From: a virus
Taxonomy: Duplodnaviria > Caudoviricetes
Virus record (IMG/VR): IMGVR_UViG_3300021399_000005
Location: 102,805-166,804 of that record
Length of the DNA stretch: 64,000 nt
Reading direction: 5' to 3' (one strand)
Below are positions 16,889 through 28,144 of the stretch, piece by piece. The position numbers were made by a program, and so were the translations under genes. Numbering within the stretch: position 1 is the stretch's first letter; each line of letters starts with the position of its first letter. The notes below the pieces were generated by a model. It had not been told where the DNA came from and ran no database searches. It saw only the letters and a list, made by a program, of their open reading frames with translations.

Positions 16889-17646
16889 TCGATTTCTCCT
16901 TTCTCAGCAAGTATCGAAGCCAACGTAAAAGCGTTAAAACAATATTTACATTTTCCTATAGCGCATTTCTGTTGACAACCCAGTCTACGTTTGGAGATCT
17001 CCGGATCGATTAAGCGCACAGGAACTGATTTATCTATATTACCATTCTTAATTAAAAGGGAGAAATCAGAAGTATAATTGGTTTCTCCAGAATAAATTCT
17101 AAATAGAGTTTCCTCTTGAGTAGTATTTACTCCGTCAAATTCAATAGTAGAAAGATAAGGTTCATATAAAGGAAGGTCTCTCGGCAAAATCCAAGAACCA
17201 TCAATACCATTTTTTCTTTCAAAACCATCAGAATAGGCTACATTTGCGGCTACTCGATATGGTACCTCTTTGGGCAAGTCTTTAAGGTAGAAGAAAGCAG
17301 GAGCCGCCAACTTAATATAAGAAACTCCAAGAGCTATTGCCGCATTTACTTCATAAGGAGTCTTTAAAGAATAACCAAAATAGAACTTGGCATTATGGGC
17401 TTTTGCTTCTTTTGCTGACTTAAAATTTGGTACAATTAAGTATAAACCTTTTTTTACTAATTTGGAGTATATCCTAAATTGTTCCCAATCTATTGGTTCG
17501 TCCTTAGGATTATCTATAAGGATTGCCGCATTAGGATATTTCTCTGCTATTGCGGGAACCTCATCGATTCTGCGCAAAGAGATTTTTATTTCATCTGCTT
17601 TTTCTAAATATGAATTAGAAAGGGTATAATGGACGCAGATTTTCAT
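16885..17646 (-). CDS. Hypothetical protein with C-terminal Cys cluster
   Basis: 253 aa; CQQKCAIGKCKYC; ATGA overlap with next gene. Confidence 0.78.
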   Translation of the reverse strand: MKICVHYTLSNSYLEKADEIKISLRRIDEVPAIAEKYPNAAILIDNPKDEPIDWEQFRIYSKLVKKGLYLIVPNFKSAKEAKAHNAKFYFGYSLKTPYEVNAAIALGVSYIKLAAPAFFYLKDLPKEVPYRVAANVAYSDGFERKNGIDGSWILPRDLPLYEPYLSTIEFDGVNTTQEETLFRIYSGETNYTSDFSLLIKNGNIDKSVPVRLIDPEISKRRLGCQQKCAIGKCKYCFNAFTLASILAEKGEIE

Positions 17647-18242
17647 ATCTTTTACACTTCCTTTCTTTTTCTATATATATTATATCATAAAAATAAAAAT
17701 TTTTCAAGTAGAAGATTTTTGTGGGGAGAATAAATTGTTCCCGTTTTAAAAACTAAAGCGGAAAAAATTCGGGAACAAGAGGGTTGAGTCTAGGTTTGGA
17801 GAGAAATATCCCGAATTTTTTTCTCTTAGGATTTTGAGATGGGATAAAGAGGCCAAAGGCTTGGTTTGGAGAGAAAGTTCACGATTTTTTTCCGTCCGTA
17901 ATATAAAATAAATCGTGAAAAAGAAGATAGGGGTCTAGATAAAAAGATCTCCAAAGCAGTGTTCGCGCAAATAAAAGTTTCTATTAAAGTAATGAGTTTT
18001 TCCATCAATTTTTGGGGTCTTATATTAATAGTATAAGGGGACGAAAATTAGTGGAAAAAGAGATTAAAAGTAATAGGAAGAAAAGCGAGTAATCAAAAGT
18101 ACCCCATTTTTTTCCGTCCGTATATATATTATTCTCTTACAGCCGGAAAAAAAAGGGGGCCTTTTGATTAAAAATTTTGGGTAAAATTAGTTAAAAGTTC
18201 ACAAAGAAATCTCAAGATATACGAAATAGAAAGGAGGATACT

Positions 18243-18941
18243 ATGGAAAAGTATAGTAGAGAAGAAATTGCGCAGTTGTATTTCAATACCTCGGCCAATA
18301 ACTTTTCAAGAAAGAAAGAGCGTTATTTAAACCATTTATCAGAGTATTATGAATGACATATGGAGGGGCGCAATTATGTTTTAGATAAAGAGTTAAAGCC
18401 TTGAGAACCTTTAAGAAGAGGTCGTCCTAAAACTGGAGATCAAATTCAAGAAGATTATATTAAAGCTCTCCATGAGATAGTAGATAACGACCCTGCGCAA
18501 AAGTTAAATTCTGGGGCGAATTTAACTAGAAACGCCAAAGCTAAGAATCCTAACCAAATTTGCACTAGATATAACCATCAGGAGGATACTATGAGTAGAT
18601 ATTTTTGTAAAGGTATTACCAAAGAATTCCCTATGTCTGAAAAAGTTTGGGTAAAGAAAAAGAACGATTTTGAGTATGAACTTTTGTCTGAGGAAGAACA
18701 GACTTATTTGACTGGTTTGATTGTGGATAGATACCCGGATAATAAGATTTCTTTATTATCGGTTGATGAATTGATGGCGTATAACCAAAAAGAGATTTCA
18801 AAAAAGGAATTGAATAAGAAAATTTCTGAACGTATTGAGGAAGAAAGTCGAAACTTTTATACTTGTATTATTAAAAAGTTTAAAGACAAGTATGGATTTA
18901 TTCCTATCAGAGCGAAGAATTTAGAAGCGAGTGCGTTTTAG
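18243..18941 (+). CDS. Putative DNA-binding/replication-associated protein (232 aa, 2 TGA=Trp)
   Basis: Strong SD AAAGGAGG before ATG 18243, in frame with the 18591 fragment across two TGA; RRGRPK AT-hook-like motif; lone plus-strand gene between non-coding repeat regions. Confidence 0.7.
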
Positions 18942-19194
18942 AATTTAAATTATTAGGGGGATACTAAAAGATAGGGGTATTGAGAAATGAAAAACCTTAT
19001 TATAGGGGGTGTTGAGTATTATATGGGGGTATTGAGGAAAGGGGTGCCCAACCGGACCCTGTCTTGGAGCCCTTTTCAGATCGAATCGGTTCGTATCAAA
19101 ATATCCCCTTAACTTTTCAAAATCTCGTTTTAAAAATCCCAAAATCCAATCAAAAACCTCCCCCTTCCTTCCCAAAGCAAGAGAGGCCAGCAGA

Positions 19195-19395
19195 GTTTAG
19201 TTTCTATTAAAGCTCCATGAGCGTAGCGAATGAGCGTAATAGAAACTAAACGATAGGGGGACCCGATTTTAATGAGCGTAGCGAATTAAAAACGGGGGGC
19301 GAAGCCCCTAAAGAGAGAACGAAGTTCTCTCTAGAATAATATATTTAATTAAAGTTGTGAGCGAAGCGAACTACGTAATTAAATATATTATTCCT
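19195..19395 (+). other. Cluster of five DNA hairpins with GCG(T/A)AGC / CGAAG loops; origin- or priming-signal-like
   Basis: GTTTAGTTTCTATTA/TAATAGAAACTAAAC and GAATAATATATTTAATTA/TAATTAAATATATTATTC arms; GAGCG(T/A)AGCGAA x3; GGGGCGAAGCCCC; GAGAGAACGAAGTTCTCTC. Confidence 0.55.
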
Positions 19396-19976
19396 CTTAA
19401 AAGTAATCAAAAGTTCACATTTTTTGCGCCCTAAGCCCCCCTTGCCTCTATATATAATGAAAGTTTGTGTGATATACTTGAACAAAACTGCCCAAAATTT
19501 TAAAAAAACTACTAAAAAAGTAGCCCCTATATATAAAAATATAGGGTTTTTTTTATATTATATCACATTTTTTATAAAAAGTCAACAGAAAATTTAAAAA
19601 AATTCCTAGTTTTCTCTCAAAAACTAGGCAAAAACCTATCTTTTATACGGGATACAGAACCGGATACCTGGCCAATAGAAAGGGGTACCTTTAAAAATAG
19701 GGGGATCCATTTCAAAAAACGGATTCAAAATCCTGGAACTAAAAGGGAAAATGAAACGAAAAACTGAAATCAAAAATGTGAGACGAAAAAGTGGCCAAAG
19801 CGTGGCTGGGCGAACACGTTAGTACCTGGGTTGTAACGAGAAGAGCGACTTAAGAAAAGGATGAATGCGCCAGGGCCGTTTTGGAGATCGTCAGATCGGG
19901 GTCCGCGCATTTTTACTTTCTTCTCTTGTTCGGAACCGTAGGTTCCTCACAAAAAAACGCCCTTATGGGCGTTTTT

Positions 19977-20330
19977 CTAGTCTTCTTCCTCTACTTCGTC
20001 TTCTGCTAACTGGTAGAAAGTTACACGCTTCTCAACAATCTTTTCTACATTACCAGCTTCTACTGCTACCTTCATAGCAGGAGCTAATTTCTGAGTAGTT
20101 ACATCTAACATGTCAGCTAAATCCTTTGCACGGTACTTAACTCCAGCTTCCATAACTTCTACAGCACGGTCAGCTAACTCTAACTTTGCAGTGTTTACAC
20201 GAGGCTTGCGCGCAGTTGCTCGCTTCTCTTGTGCGGCCTTTAATGCGATTAATTTTTCCTTAACTTCCTCATCCTGTACGGCCTCAATTGCTAATGCTAA
20301 TGCAGCTACATAAGTCATCTTCTGTTCCAT
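19977..20330 (-). CDS. Winged-helix protein, paralog 1 of 5
   Basis: KMTY..AL..AI, RKPRVN, YR..DLA.ML.V.TQKL.PA, VEKRV..Y. Confidence 0.8.
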   Translation of the reverse strand: MEQKMTYVAALALAIEAVQDEEVKEKLIALKAAQEKRATARKPRVNTAKLELADRAVEVMEAGVKYRAKDLADMLDVTTQKLAPAMKVAVEAGNVEKIVEKRVTFYQLAEDEVEEED

Positions 20331-20618
20331 AAGTTTCACCTGTTTTTTAACCTTTCTTTTTTCCTTATTTCTATATATATTATACATTATTTTTTTGCTA
20401 TTGTCCAATAAAAAAAATCTATTACAAAATCATTCCATCTAAAAATTTTTTAGAACCTTTTGGGAAACCAAGGGAAGGCCAAAGTGCGCAGTTGCGAAAT
20501 TAAAAAAGGGCCAAAGCGTGCCACTTTTGAAAACGCCGCGCCCCGGAGCTGGCCCCCGGCCGCGCGGCGCCAAACGCTCTTTTAGTTACTTAAATATAAA
20601 GGTATAAAAAAAAGAAGC

Positions 20619-20963
20619 TTATTCAGCTTCTTGCGCAGTGTAGAATGCTACACGTTTTACGACTTCTTTTACAACACGGCCGTCACCCAACAACAGGCCC
20701 ATAGCCGGAGTCAATTTTTGAGTAGATACGCCCAGCATTTTAGCCAAATCAGCCACTCGGTAAGCAACACCTTTTTCCATGATGTCATAAGCTTTTTCAG
20801 CCAACTCGATTTTAGCAGTGTTTACACGTGGTTTACGTTTCTGCGCTTTGCGGTCAAGCTGGTCTTTAAGTGCCTGAAGTTTCATACCTACTTCAGTATC
20901 CATGCCAACATGGCCAATAGCAACGTCAAGAGCATCAGCATAAGTCATTTTGATTTCAGTCAT
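20619..20963 (-). CDS. Winged-helix protein, paralog 2
   Basis: Same motifs as 19977-20330. Confidence 0.8.
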   Translation of the reverse strand: MTEIKMTYADALDVAIGHVGMDTEVGMKLQALKDQLDRKAQKRKPRVNTAKIELAEKAYDIMEKGVAYRVADLAKMLGVSTQKLTPAMGLLLGDGRVVKEVVKRVAFYTAQEAE

Positions 20964-21300
20964 ACATTTCACCTTTTACCTTTCTTTAGGATTTCCTATC
21001 CTTTTTACACTTATATTATATAATAATTTTTTGAATTTGTCTAATACTTAAAAGCTATAGCAAATTATTTCCTATATCAAAAAAGTATATCAAATTTGGA
21101 ATTAGTTTAGGGCGCTAAAGGACTTTTGGGAAACTGCGCGAAGGCCTAAAGCGGGACGTAACCGGTAGCAAAAATCTGAAAATCATATGAAAATCAGATT
21201 CGCTCCGCCTTCCAGCTCTCCGAGCGCAGGCGGAGCGCCAAATCATATGAAAATCCTATTTTCGCAAACATAATAAAAAAAGGGATATATTATCCCTTTC

Positions 21301-21660
21301 CTATGCTTTTGGCTTGCGATGCGCAGTTAATTTCAGAGTGTACTCTTTACCATTGTAACCAAAGTTAATTTCGGTTTCAGTTTTTACATTTGCAATTTCG
21401 GCAATTTGCTCAAGTGCCGGAAGAATCTGTTCAATAATGAACTTTTTATCCTCATCAACCTTGCGCTCTTTAACAGCTTTTTTACGTTCCTTTCCTTTTG
21501 GTTTCAGCTGTTGCTTAAGTACTGCTTTTGTACCCTCATCAAGAGTAGTGTTCTTTTCCTTGTCAATTTCAAGGTCATCTAAGTACATTTGTTCAGCTTC
21601 TTCACGGGTCAAGCCCAGCGCCATGTTAGCTTTAATCATATCTTCTTTTGTGCGTGCCAT
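21301..21660 (-). CDS. Hypothetical basic protein
   Basis: 119 aa; own promoter and AAGGTG SD. Confidence 0.75.
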   Translation of the reverse strand: MARTKEDMIKANMALGLTREEAEQMYLDDLEIDKEKNTTLDEGTKAVLKQQLKPKGKERKKAVKERKVDEDKKFIIEQILPALEQIAEIANVKTETEINFGYNGKEYTLKLTAHRKPKA

Positions 21661-21958
21661 GTTATCACCTTTCCTTTTCTATAAATATTGTATCAGATTT
21701 TTATGGGTCTGTCAATATCTTTTTTTATTTTCCTTTCCCTTTATCTATAAATATTATATCATATTTTAAAAATTTTGTCAACAACAAATTTATTTTTTTG
21801 ATTTTTGGGAAAATCAGCTAGAAAAGTGACATGCATAATGTCAATATGAAAATCATATGAACATCACAAACAACAAACTCGTCGCCCTTGCAGCAAAGCG
21901 CCCGCAAGGGCGACGCCAAAGGCTATGGGAAAAGGATAGGATTTTCCTATCCCTATTC

Positions 21959-22300
21959 CTATTCGGTTACCAACTGGTACTTAGCAACACGCTTTTCGAT
22001 AGCCTTAGCAACGGCACCGTTTTCAACGGCTACCCCTAAAGCTGGGGTTAACTTCTGAGTAGATACCCCTAAAATCTTAGCTAATTCAGCTGTACGGTAA
22101 GCAACCCCAGGCTCCATAATAGCCACTACCTTTTCAGCCAATTCAGCCTTTTCCTTGTTCACACGTGGCTTGCGATTTTCAGCCTTATGAGCTAACTGCT
22201 CCTTTAATGCAATTAACTTTTCTCCAACTGGGGTTTCAGCTCCAACTGCTTCAATAGCGTTCTCCAATGCAATTGCGTAAGTCATCTTAGTTTCTGTCAT
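21959..22300 (-). CDS. Winged-helix protein, paralog 3
   Basis: Same motifs as 19977-20330. Confidence 0.8.
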   Translation of the reverse strand: MTETKMTYAIALENAIEAVGAETPVGEKLIALKEQLAHKAENRKPRVNKEKAELAEKVVAIMEPGVAYRTAELAKILGVSTQKLTPALGVAVENGAVAKAIEKRVAKYQLVTE

Positions 22301-22695
22301 AGTTATCACCTTTTACCTTTCTTTCTTGGGATTTCCTTTCCCTTTTTACATCTTTATTATACTATGAATTTTTTTATTTGTCAACAGGTTTTTTTATTTT
22401 TTTGATTTCTGTTTTTTTACTTCCTTTCCCTATTGACACTTATATTATATATTATTTTTTTAAAATTGTCGAATACTTGTAAACTATATCTAGACCTTCT
22501 GCTATATAAAAAAGCTATATCTGATTTTCATATGATTTTGGGATAAGCATAAAAAAGGTCATTTGTCAAGTGTTTTTTTCAAAAATTTTTTAAAAGTTAG
22601 TCTTGACAAACCCGGCAGCCCTGCGCCCCTACGCAACATTTATGATTGCGCAGGGCTGCCGCCGACGGCATACAAAAAAAATAGTCCATTTTGGA

Positions 22696-22896
22696 CTATT
22701 GTATAATCTCATCTATGACTGCATAATTGTAATATTCCCAGTAAAGCTTTTCAAGTTGGCTTTCATCTCCCTCTAAATACTCATTAAGAAGATACTTCTT
22801 TAATTTTCGTTCTGCTTGTTCATAATCATTAGCAAAAACTTGAATAAGTCTAGCGTTTTCCATGCAATAGAAGAAAAAGATTCCCATTTTTATCAC
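22696..22896 (-). CDS. Small acidic early protein (family A)
   Basis: Own promoter and SD; FFF..QVFANDYEQA motif. Confidence 0.68.
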   Translation of the reverse strand: MIKMGIFFFYCMENARLIQVFANDYEQAERKLKKYLLNEYLEGDESQLEKLYWEYYNYAVIDEIIQ

Positions 22897-22957
22897 CTTT
22901 TCACCTTTCTTTTTACATTATTATTCTATCATAAGGGGTTGATTTTGTCAACCCCTT

Positions 22958-23647
22958 TTAATCAATTCTATTCTTTTGTACTTTCATCCAACAGGAATAT
23001 TTTAAACCATAATCGCAAGAGCCTTTGAAGTGTTTTTTAATATACTTAAAGATTTCTGATTCATCCAAAGCGTCATTTAATGCCGTATGACATTCAATAT
23101 AAGCAACATCATTTGTAATGTATCTATACATTGTTTCAGCACTTGTGGAAATATTTCCCTTTTCTGAAATGCAACCATTTTCATATGCCCATTGAACAAA
23201 TTGAGCAGTCTGTCCAACAGTATTACAAGCTAAGTTCCATAAGCAGAGTAATTTTTTCTTTTCAATTTTTGAAATTGTCTTTTGAGAATGACAGAAGAAT
23301 TCTTCACTATATTTAATAGCTTTAATATCAAATTGAAGATTGTATGCGCCAATACAGGATACATTATGTTTGCGCACATCAAACCATAACTCTTTTAAGA
23401 TTTCGCTAAAGTTTAAAACCATTTCTTGTTTACGAGCTTTTGCATAGTCTTTTTTGTAGCCTTGGTAGAAGTCGGAAGTGTCTAAAATCCACTTCCCGTT
23501 GACATGTAATTCTTTTACTAAGAATCGTTTTTTACAAACGATTTCACCTTTTGATAAAACTACATATCCTAAATCGTGTACAAGTGGGGAACCAAACGTT
23601 CCGATTGTTTCAGTGTCTAAAATCATAATATTTCTTGGTGTTCTCAT
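22958..23647 (-). CDS. DEDDh 3'-5' exonuclease
   Basis: ExoI ILDTET, ExoII AYNLQFD, ExoIII HTALND. Confidence 0.88.
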   Translation of the reverse strand: MRTPRNIMILDTETIGTFGSPLVHDLGYVVLSKGEIVCKKRFLVKELHVNGKWILDTSDFYQGYKKDYAKARKQEMVLNFSEILKELWFDVRKHNVSCIGAYNLQFDIKAIKYSEEFFCHSQKTISKIEKKKLLCLWNLACNTVGQTAQFVQWAYENGCISEKGNISTSAETMYRYITNDVAYIECHTALNDALDESEIFKYIKKHFKGSCDYGLKYSCWMKVQKNRID

Positions 23648-23709
23648 TTTTCTTATCTCCTTTAACTGTCTATATTGTATCATGGAAGGGTTGAGATGTC
23701 AACCCTTTT

Positions 23710-23943
23710 TTAATTAAAAATTATATCTTTTTCATTGTATTCGTAAACATGATAGAAATAAATAAGGCTTGAATCGCTTGTGATTTTGCTCACAACCTCA
23801 TAGTCCGGATTCTCAACTCCATCTTGTTTAAGCAAGTCAAGATTTTTTTCAAAAGCGATATGAAATGCGCCATTATAAATATAACATAAATCATCTGTTA
23901 ATTCTACATCACCGTAGACGTCTTCAATATACACACCAAACAT
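23710..23943 (-). CDS. Small acidic early protein
   Basis: Promoter plus GGAGGT SD. Confidence 0.7.
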   Translation of the reverse strand: MFGVYIEDVYGDVELTDDLCYIYNGAFHIAFEKNLDLLKQDGVENPDYEVVSKITSDSSLIYFYHVYEYNEKDIIFN

Positions 23944-24217
23944 TTTGTGTACCTCCTTTATCTGATTCTATAATAAGGGATAATTAAAAAAATGTCAACA
24001 AAAAATTTCGATAAGCACAAAACTTTTATTTGTCAAGCATTATTTTTGGGAAGCACAAAAATTCTTTTTGTCAAGGTCCAATTTGGACTAAAAATGCTGA
24101 AAGGTTAGTGTTGACAAACTCGCCGCCTTGACGTGAAAAAGCGTGCGTCAAGGCGGCGCCCAACGCAAGCTAAAGATTTCTGATTTTCATATGAAGAGGG
24201 GAAGTTCCCCTCTCCGA

Positions 24218-24550
24218 TTAGACTAAGCGATACAGAGCTACACGCTTTTCGATATGCTTTTCAATCTGTCCACCCTCAACGGCAACAGTCATAGCTGGAG
24301 TTAATTTCTGTGTAGACACGTCAAGCATTTTAGCAAGTTCAGCAACACGGTAGTCAGTGTTAGGTTCCATAACCTCAACTACCTTTTCGGCAAGGTCAAG
24401 TTTTGCCTGATTTACACGAGGTTTACGGTTAGCTGATTTGTGCGCTAACTGTTCTTTAAGAGCAGTTAATTTTTCCTTAACCTCTGCGTTGTCAACTGCG
24501 TTGATTGCGTTTTCTAAAGCTACTGCGTAAGTCATTTTTTCGTTTGTCAT
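24218..24550 (-). CDS. Winged-helix protein, paralog 4
   Basis: Same motifs as 19977-20330. Confidence 0.8.
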   Translation of the reverse strand: MTNEKMTYAVALENAINAVDNAEVKEKLTALKEQLAHKSANRKPRVNQAKLDLAEKVVEVMEPNTDYRVAELAKMLDVSTQKLTPAMTVAVEGGQIEKHIEKRVALYRLV

Positions 24551-25062
24551 AATTTTATCACCTTTTACCTTTCCTTTTGTGTCTTTATTATAACACTTTA
24601 TTTTTCTTTTGTAAAGAGGAAATTTATATTTTTTTCAGTGGGATTTTTCTTTATTTCCCTTTCCTTTTTACAATATAATTATATACTATTTTTTTAAAAC
24701 TGTCTAATACTTAAAAAGTATAGGAAAGCTTTTCATATATCAAAAAAGTATAGCAAAGGGTTTTAGGATTTTCATATGAATAAAAAAAATCAAGTTAGTC
24801 TTGACAAACTATTGGTGGATGTGGTACAATAAAATTTCGGCGTCCAGTCGTATAATGCGCTCGACTGGACGCCGACAAATAAAAAAAATAGTCCGAAATT
24901 GGACTAAATTAAGATTTTTTCGTTTTTCTTGAGGTAATTTCTAAAGCACGTTCAAATCCTTTCCTATATGCTTCTTTAATAGAATCGTCAACAGTGCAAT
25001 CTTTATTGAAATAGTTTCTGATTACAATGGCTTTTTTCTTTTCATATAATTTATTTTTCATT

Positions 25063-25314
25063 TTATTTTCCTCCTCTTTCTGATTCTATTATACCACTTT
25101 TTATTAAGCTGTCAAGCAAATTTTCTGAAAATTTACTTTCAAAATTTTCAAATTCTCCGGCATTAAAAGCTATAATTTCCATCACTGTTCTAATACCATA
25201 CATAAAATTGATATTACCATTTAAAGCATCATATTTTCCACAAAACAGTGGAGTTTGTTTTAAATTTTCTAACACAATTTGATAAGCTTTTTTTGTTTCT
25301 TTTCTATTAGCCAT
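25063..25314 (-). CDS. Hypothetical early protein
   Basis: Start MANRK after promoter and GAGGA SD. Confidence 0.7.
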   Translation of the reverse strand: MANRKETKKAYQIVLENLKQTPLFCGKYDALNGNINFMYGIRTVMEIIAFNAGEFENFESKFSENLLDSLIKSGIIESERGGK

Positions 25315-25526
25315 ATATGTTTTCCTCTTCTTTCTGATTATATTATATGCTATTATATTAAAATTGTCAACTAATTTTAGGAAAAAAGTTAAAAAATATT
25401 TTTTTAAAAAAGTCTTGACAAAAGAGTATGAATGTGATACAATGTAGATTTCGGTTGGTCTGCGCAAAGAGGCGACCGCAGACCAACCGCCAATCATATG
25501 AAAAAGGGTAGCCCCTTTTGGGCTAC

Positions 25527-25865
25527 CTATTCTGCTTTCAGCTGGTACTTAGCTACTCGCTTTTCAACGATTTTTTCAACAGTACCCTTTTCAACTGCGA
25601 CCTTTAAGGCTGGCGCAAGTTTCTGAGTGCTCACCTCAAGGATTTCAGCAAGCTCGGAAGTACGGTACGCTACTCCAACCTCCATAATTTCAGTTACCTT
25701 TTCAGCTAAATCTAACTTAGCTTGGTTGATTCTCGGTTTGCGAGTTCCAGCTTTATGCGCTAACTGTTCCTGAAGGGCTACTAATTTCATTCCTGTTTCA
25801 GTATCACGTCCTACTGCCTCAATTGCCTGTTCTAAAGCTACGTTGTAAGTTAATTTGTTTTCCAT
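25527..25865 (-). CDS. Winged-helix protein, paralog 5
   Basis: Same motifs as 19977-20330. Confidence 0.8.
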   Translation of the reverse strand: MENKLTYNVALEQAIEAVGRDTETGMKLVALQEQLAHKAGTRKPRINQAKLDLAEKVTEIMEVGVAYRTSELAEILEVSTQKLAPALKVAVEKGTVEKIVEKRVAKYQLKAE

Positions 25866-26439
25866 GTCATCACCTTTTAACCTTTCCTTATTGACATCTT
25901 TATTTTAACAGATTTTTTAGAGTCTGTCAACTCTTTTTTTTAAAATTTTTCGATTGCGCAATCTATGCTTTTTTCTTTTTTAACCATGTGGAACAGAGTT
26001 TTTTCTTTTCATGGGCTTTCATCTTAGGCAGAAAGCAACCTCTGAAAATGTCCTTATATTTATAGAGGCTTCGGCTTTTCAGTTGCCCATCCCTCATTTT
26101 GCGTAGAAAAGAGTTTTAATTTTTCGATTCACCCACCACTCTCATAGAATCTCTGTTTCATGGGGCATGACTCCCAGCGTGGAACTGTCTTTTATCCTTT
26201 CGGTCTTGTTTTTACCCAAGTAACTCTTTTTACATCTTTAGTATAACAGATTTTTTCAAATCTGTCAATACTTTTTTTTTGAAAGTTTTTTCCATTTTTT
26301 TGGTTTAATTCTTTTTAGGGATAGAAACCTCACGAGCGTGAAAACTTTCAAACACTCGTTTCAGAACCCTTTCAGAGTTTCCTCTGATTACATAATTAGT
26401 ATAGCAGATTTTTTATCTCTTGTCAATACTAATTATCTA

Positions 26440-26519
26440 ATCAAAGGGGAAAGGGATGAAAGGAGGAGGAAAATTCCCTTTCCCGTATCTAAAGGTTAGT
26501 AATTTTCTTTTCTTTTTAC
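26440..26519 (-). ncRNA. Candidate sRNA with anti-Shine-Dalgarno loop (copy 1)
   Basis: TTGACA-N17-TATAAT at 26554-26526; no ORF; stem GGGAAAGGGA/TCCCTTTCCC with loop TTTTCCTCCTCCTTT. Confidence 0.6.
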
Positions 26520-26911
26520 ATCTTTATTATACTTGATTCTTTTTTATTTGTCAAGTATTTTTTAAAGATTTTTTTGTAAGGAGCTTTTTCTATTTCTCTT
26601 TACATTATAAGTATATCAGATTTTTTAAAATCTGTCAATACTTTTTTTAGAAATCTTTCAGAGGATTTTTTATCTCTCTTCCTTATTTCTATATAAATTA
26701 TATACTAATTTTTTATAAAAATCAATAGGGAATTTCACATAAGCATAAAAAAATTTGTTTGTCAAGAGGGAATTTTGGGAAGCATAATTTTTTTATTTGT
26801 CAATAGCCATTTTGGTCTAAAATTGGTAGGAAGTTAGTCTTGACAAATTCGCTCCCCTGGCATAAAATGCGTGCGCCAGGGGAGCGCCAAGCGCAAGTAG
26901 TCCAAAATAGA

Positions 26912-27097
26912 CTAATAATCTTCATCTGGCTCAATTAAATAGCAAGTTTTCATTTCTTCATTTCTTGTGAATCTAAAGGTAATTTCTTCAATCATAACTT
27001 CACAAAAGGGTTCGCTTTCACCATTGATAAGGATTTCTTCATCTTGTTTTAATGTTTCTAATACTTCAATCAACTCCCTTACTTTCATTTTATCCAC
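26912..27097 (-). CDS. Small acidic early protein
   Basis: Promoter and SD; similar to 28145-28330 (ELIxxL..D.E). Confidence 0.65.
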   Translation of the reverse strand: MDKMKVRELIEVLETLKQDEEILINGESEPFCEVMIEEITFRFTRNEEMKTCYLIEPDEDY

Positions 27098-27146
27098 CTC
27101 TCTTTACATTCTTATATTACCATATGGGTTGACTTCTGTCAACCCA

Positions 27147-27359
27147 TTATTTTAAAATTTTTCTAATTGTTAATTCTGTGTAGCAGTCATAAAAAACGTC
27201 TTTAGCTTCATCTTCATCATAGCCTTCTTTTTCCATTAAATATTCAATCATTTTGTCACTTGCCGTTGAACGATTTTCAGCCATAATGACAACAACCTCA
27301 TCCTCTCTAAAAGAATCTCTGTCTAAAAATAAATATTGATGTAATTCGTCTCCCCACAT
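27147..27359 (-). CDS. Small acidic early protein (family A)
   Basis: YLFLD..VIMAENRSTA. Confidence 0.68.
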   Translation of the reverse strand: MWGDELHQYLFLDRDSFREDEVVVIMAENRSTASDKMIEYLMEKEGYDEDEAKDVFYDCYTELTIRKILK

Positions 27360-27419
27360 TGTTTTTATTTCCTTTCTTTTCTGATTATATTCTACTATAA
27401 AGATTAGACTTTGTCAACC

Positions 27420-27617
27420 TTATTCTAAAACTTTTTTAAGTTTTAATTCTCTATAATACCAATCAAACCAACCTTTTTGATGTTCCATAGCTTCTTTAGT
27501 CCATCCTTCATCTGCTAAAGAGTAAATGAGTTTATTTTTAGCTTCGTCTAATGTATCAGCATAAACGATATAAAATTCATCTTCGGATTCTTCATCTAAA
27601 AATACATAGTTATTCAT
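27420..27617 (-). CDS. Small acidic early protein (family A)
   Basis: YVFLD..IVYADTLDEA. Confidence 0.68.
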   Translation of the reverse strand: MNNYVFLDEESEDEFYIVYADTLDEAKNKLIYSLADEGWTKEAMEHQKGWFDWYYRELKLKKVLE

Positions 27618-27641
27618 TTTTATTACCTCTTTTATTATATT

Positions 27642-27854
27642 TTAATCAATTTTTTTAAAATCAACTGGAATAAATTCTTTCACGTAAATATTATTATCTA
27701 TTTTTTCGTGATGGTGGTATCCTAAATGTTTTTCTAAAAAATTTGTTTTATCAATATATTCAAAGAATTTTTGTTTTGCTTCTCGATAATTTTCAGCTTC
27801 TAACATATAACCTGCAGTTTCATATTCACGAATTAAGAAAAAATATTGATTCAT
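27642..27854 (-). CDS. Small early protein (family A)
   Basis: Start MNQYFF after GAGGT SD; MLEAENYREA. Confidence 0.65.
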   Translation of the reverse strand: MNQYFFLIREYETAGYMLEAENYREAKQKFFEYIDKTNFLEKHLGYHHHEKIDNNIYVKEFIPVDFKKID

Positions 27855-28144
27855 TTTATTTACCTCTTTTTCCTTCTCTTTTATCACATAACCAAAAAAT
27901 GAAATCATGAACATACCCGAATATATATAAAATAGCAAATAATGCGAACATAAGTAAAACGATTATTTCATCCATTGTGTATTTACCTTTCCTTTTCTGA
28001 TTATATTTTATCATGGAAGGGGCTGAAAGTCAACCCCTTTTTAGAAATTTTGATTTAAGAACATGTATTTTTTCATTTCAATCTTTTGTGTTTTAATTGT
28101 CATTATAATAAATACTAAAAGTAATGTCCTCATTTTATCACCTC

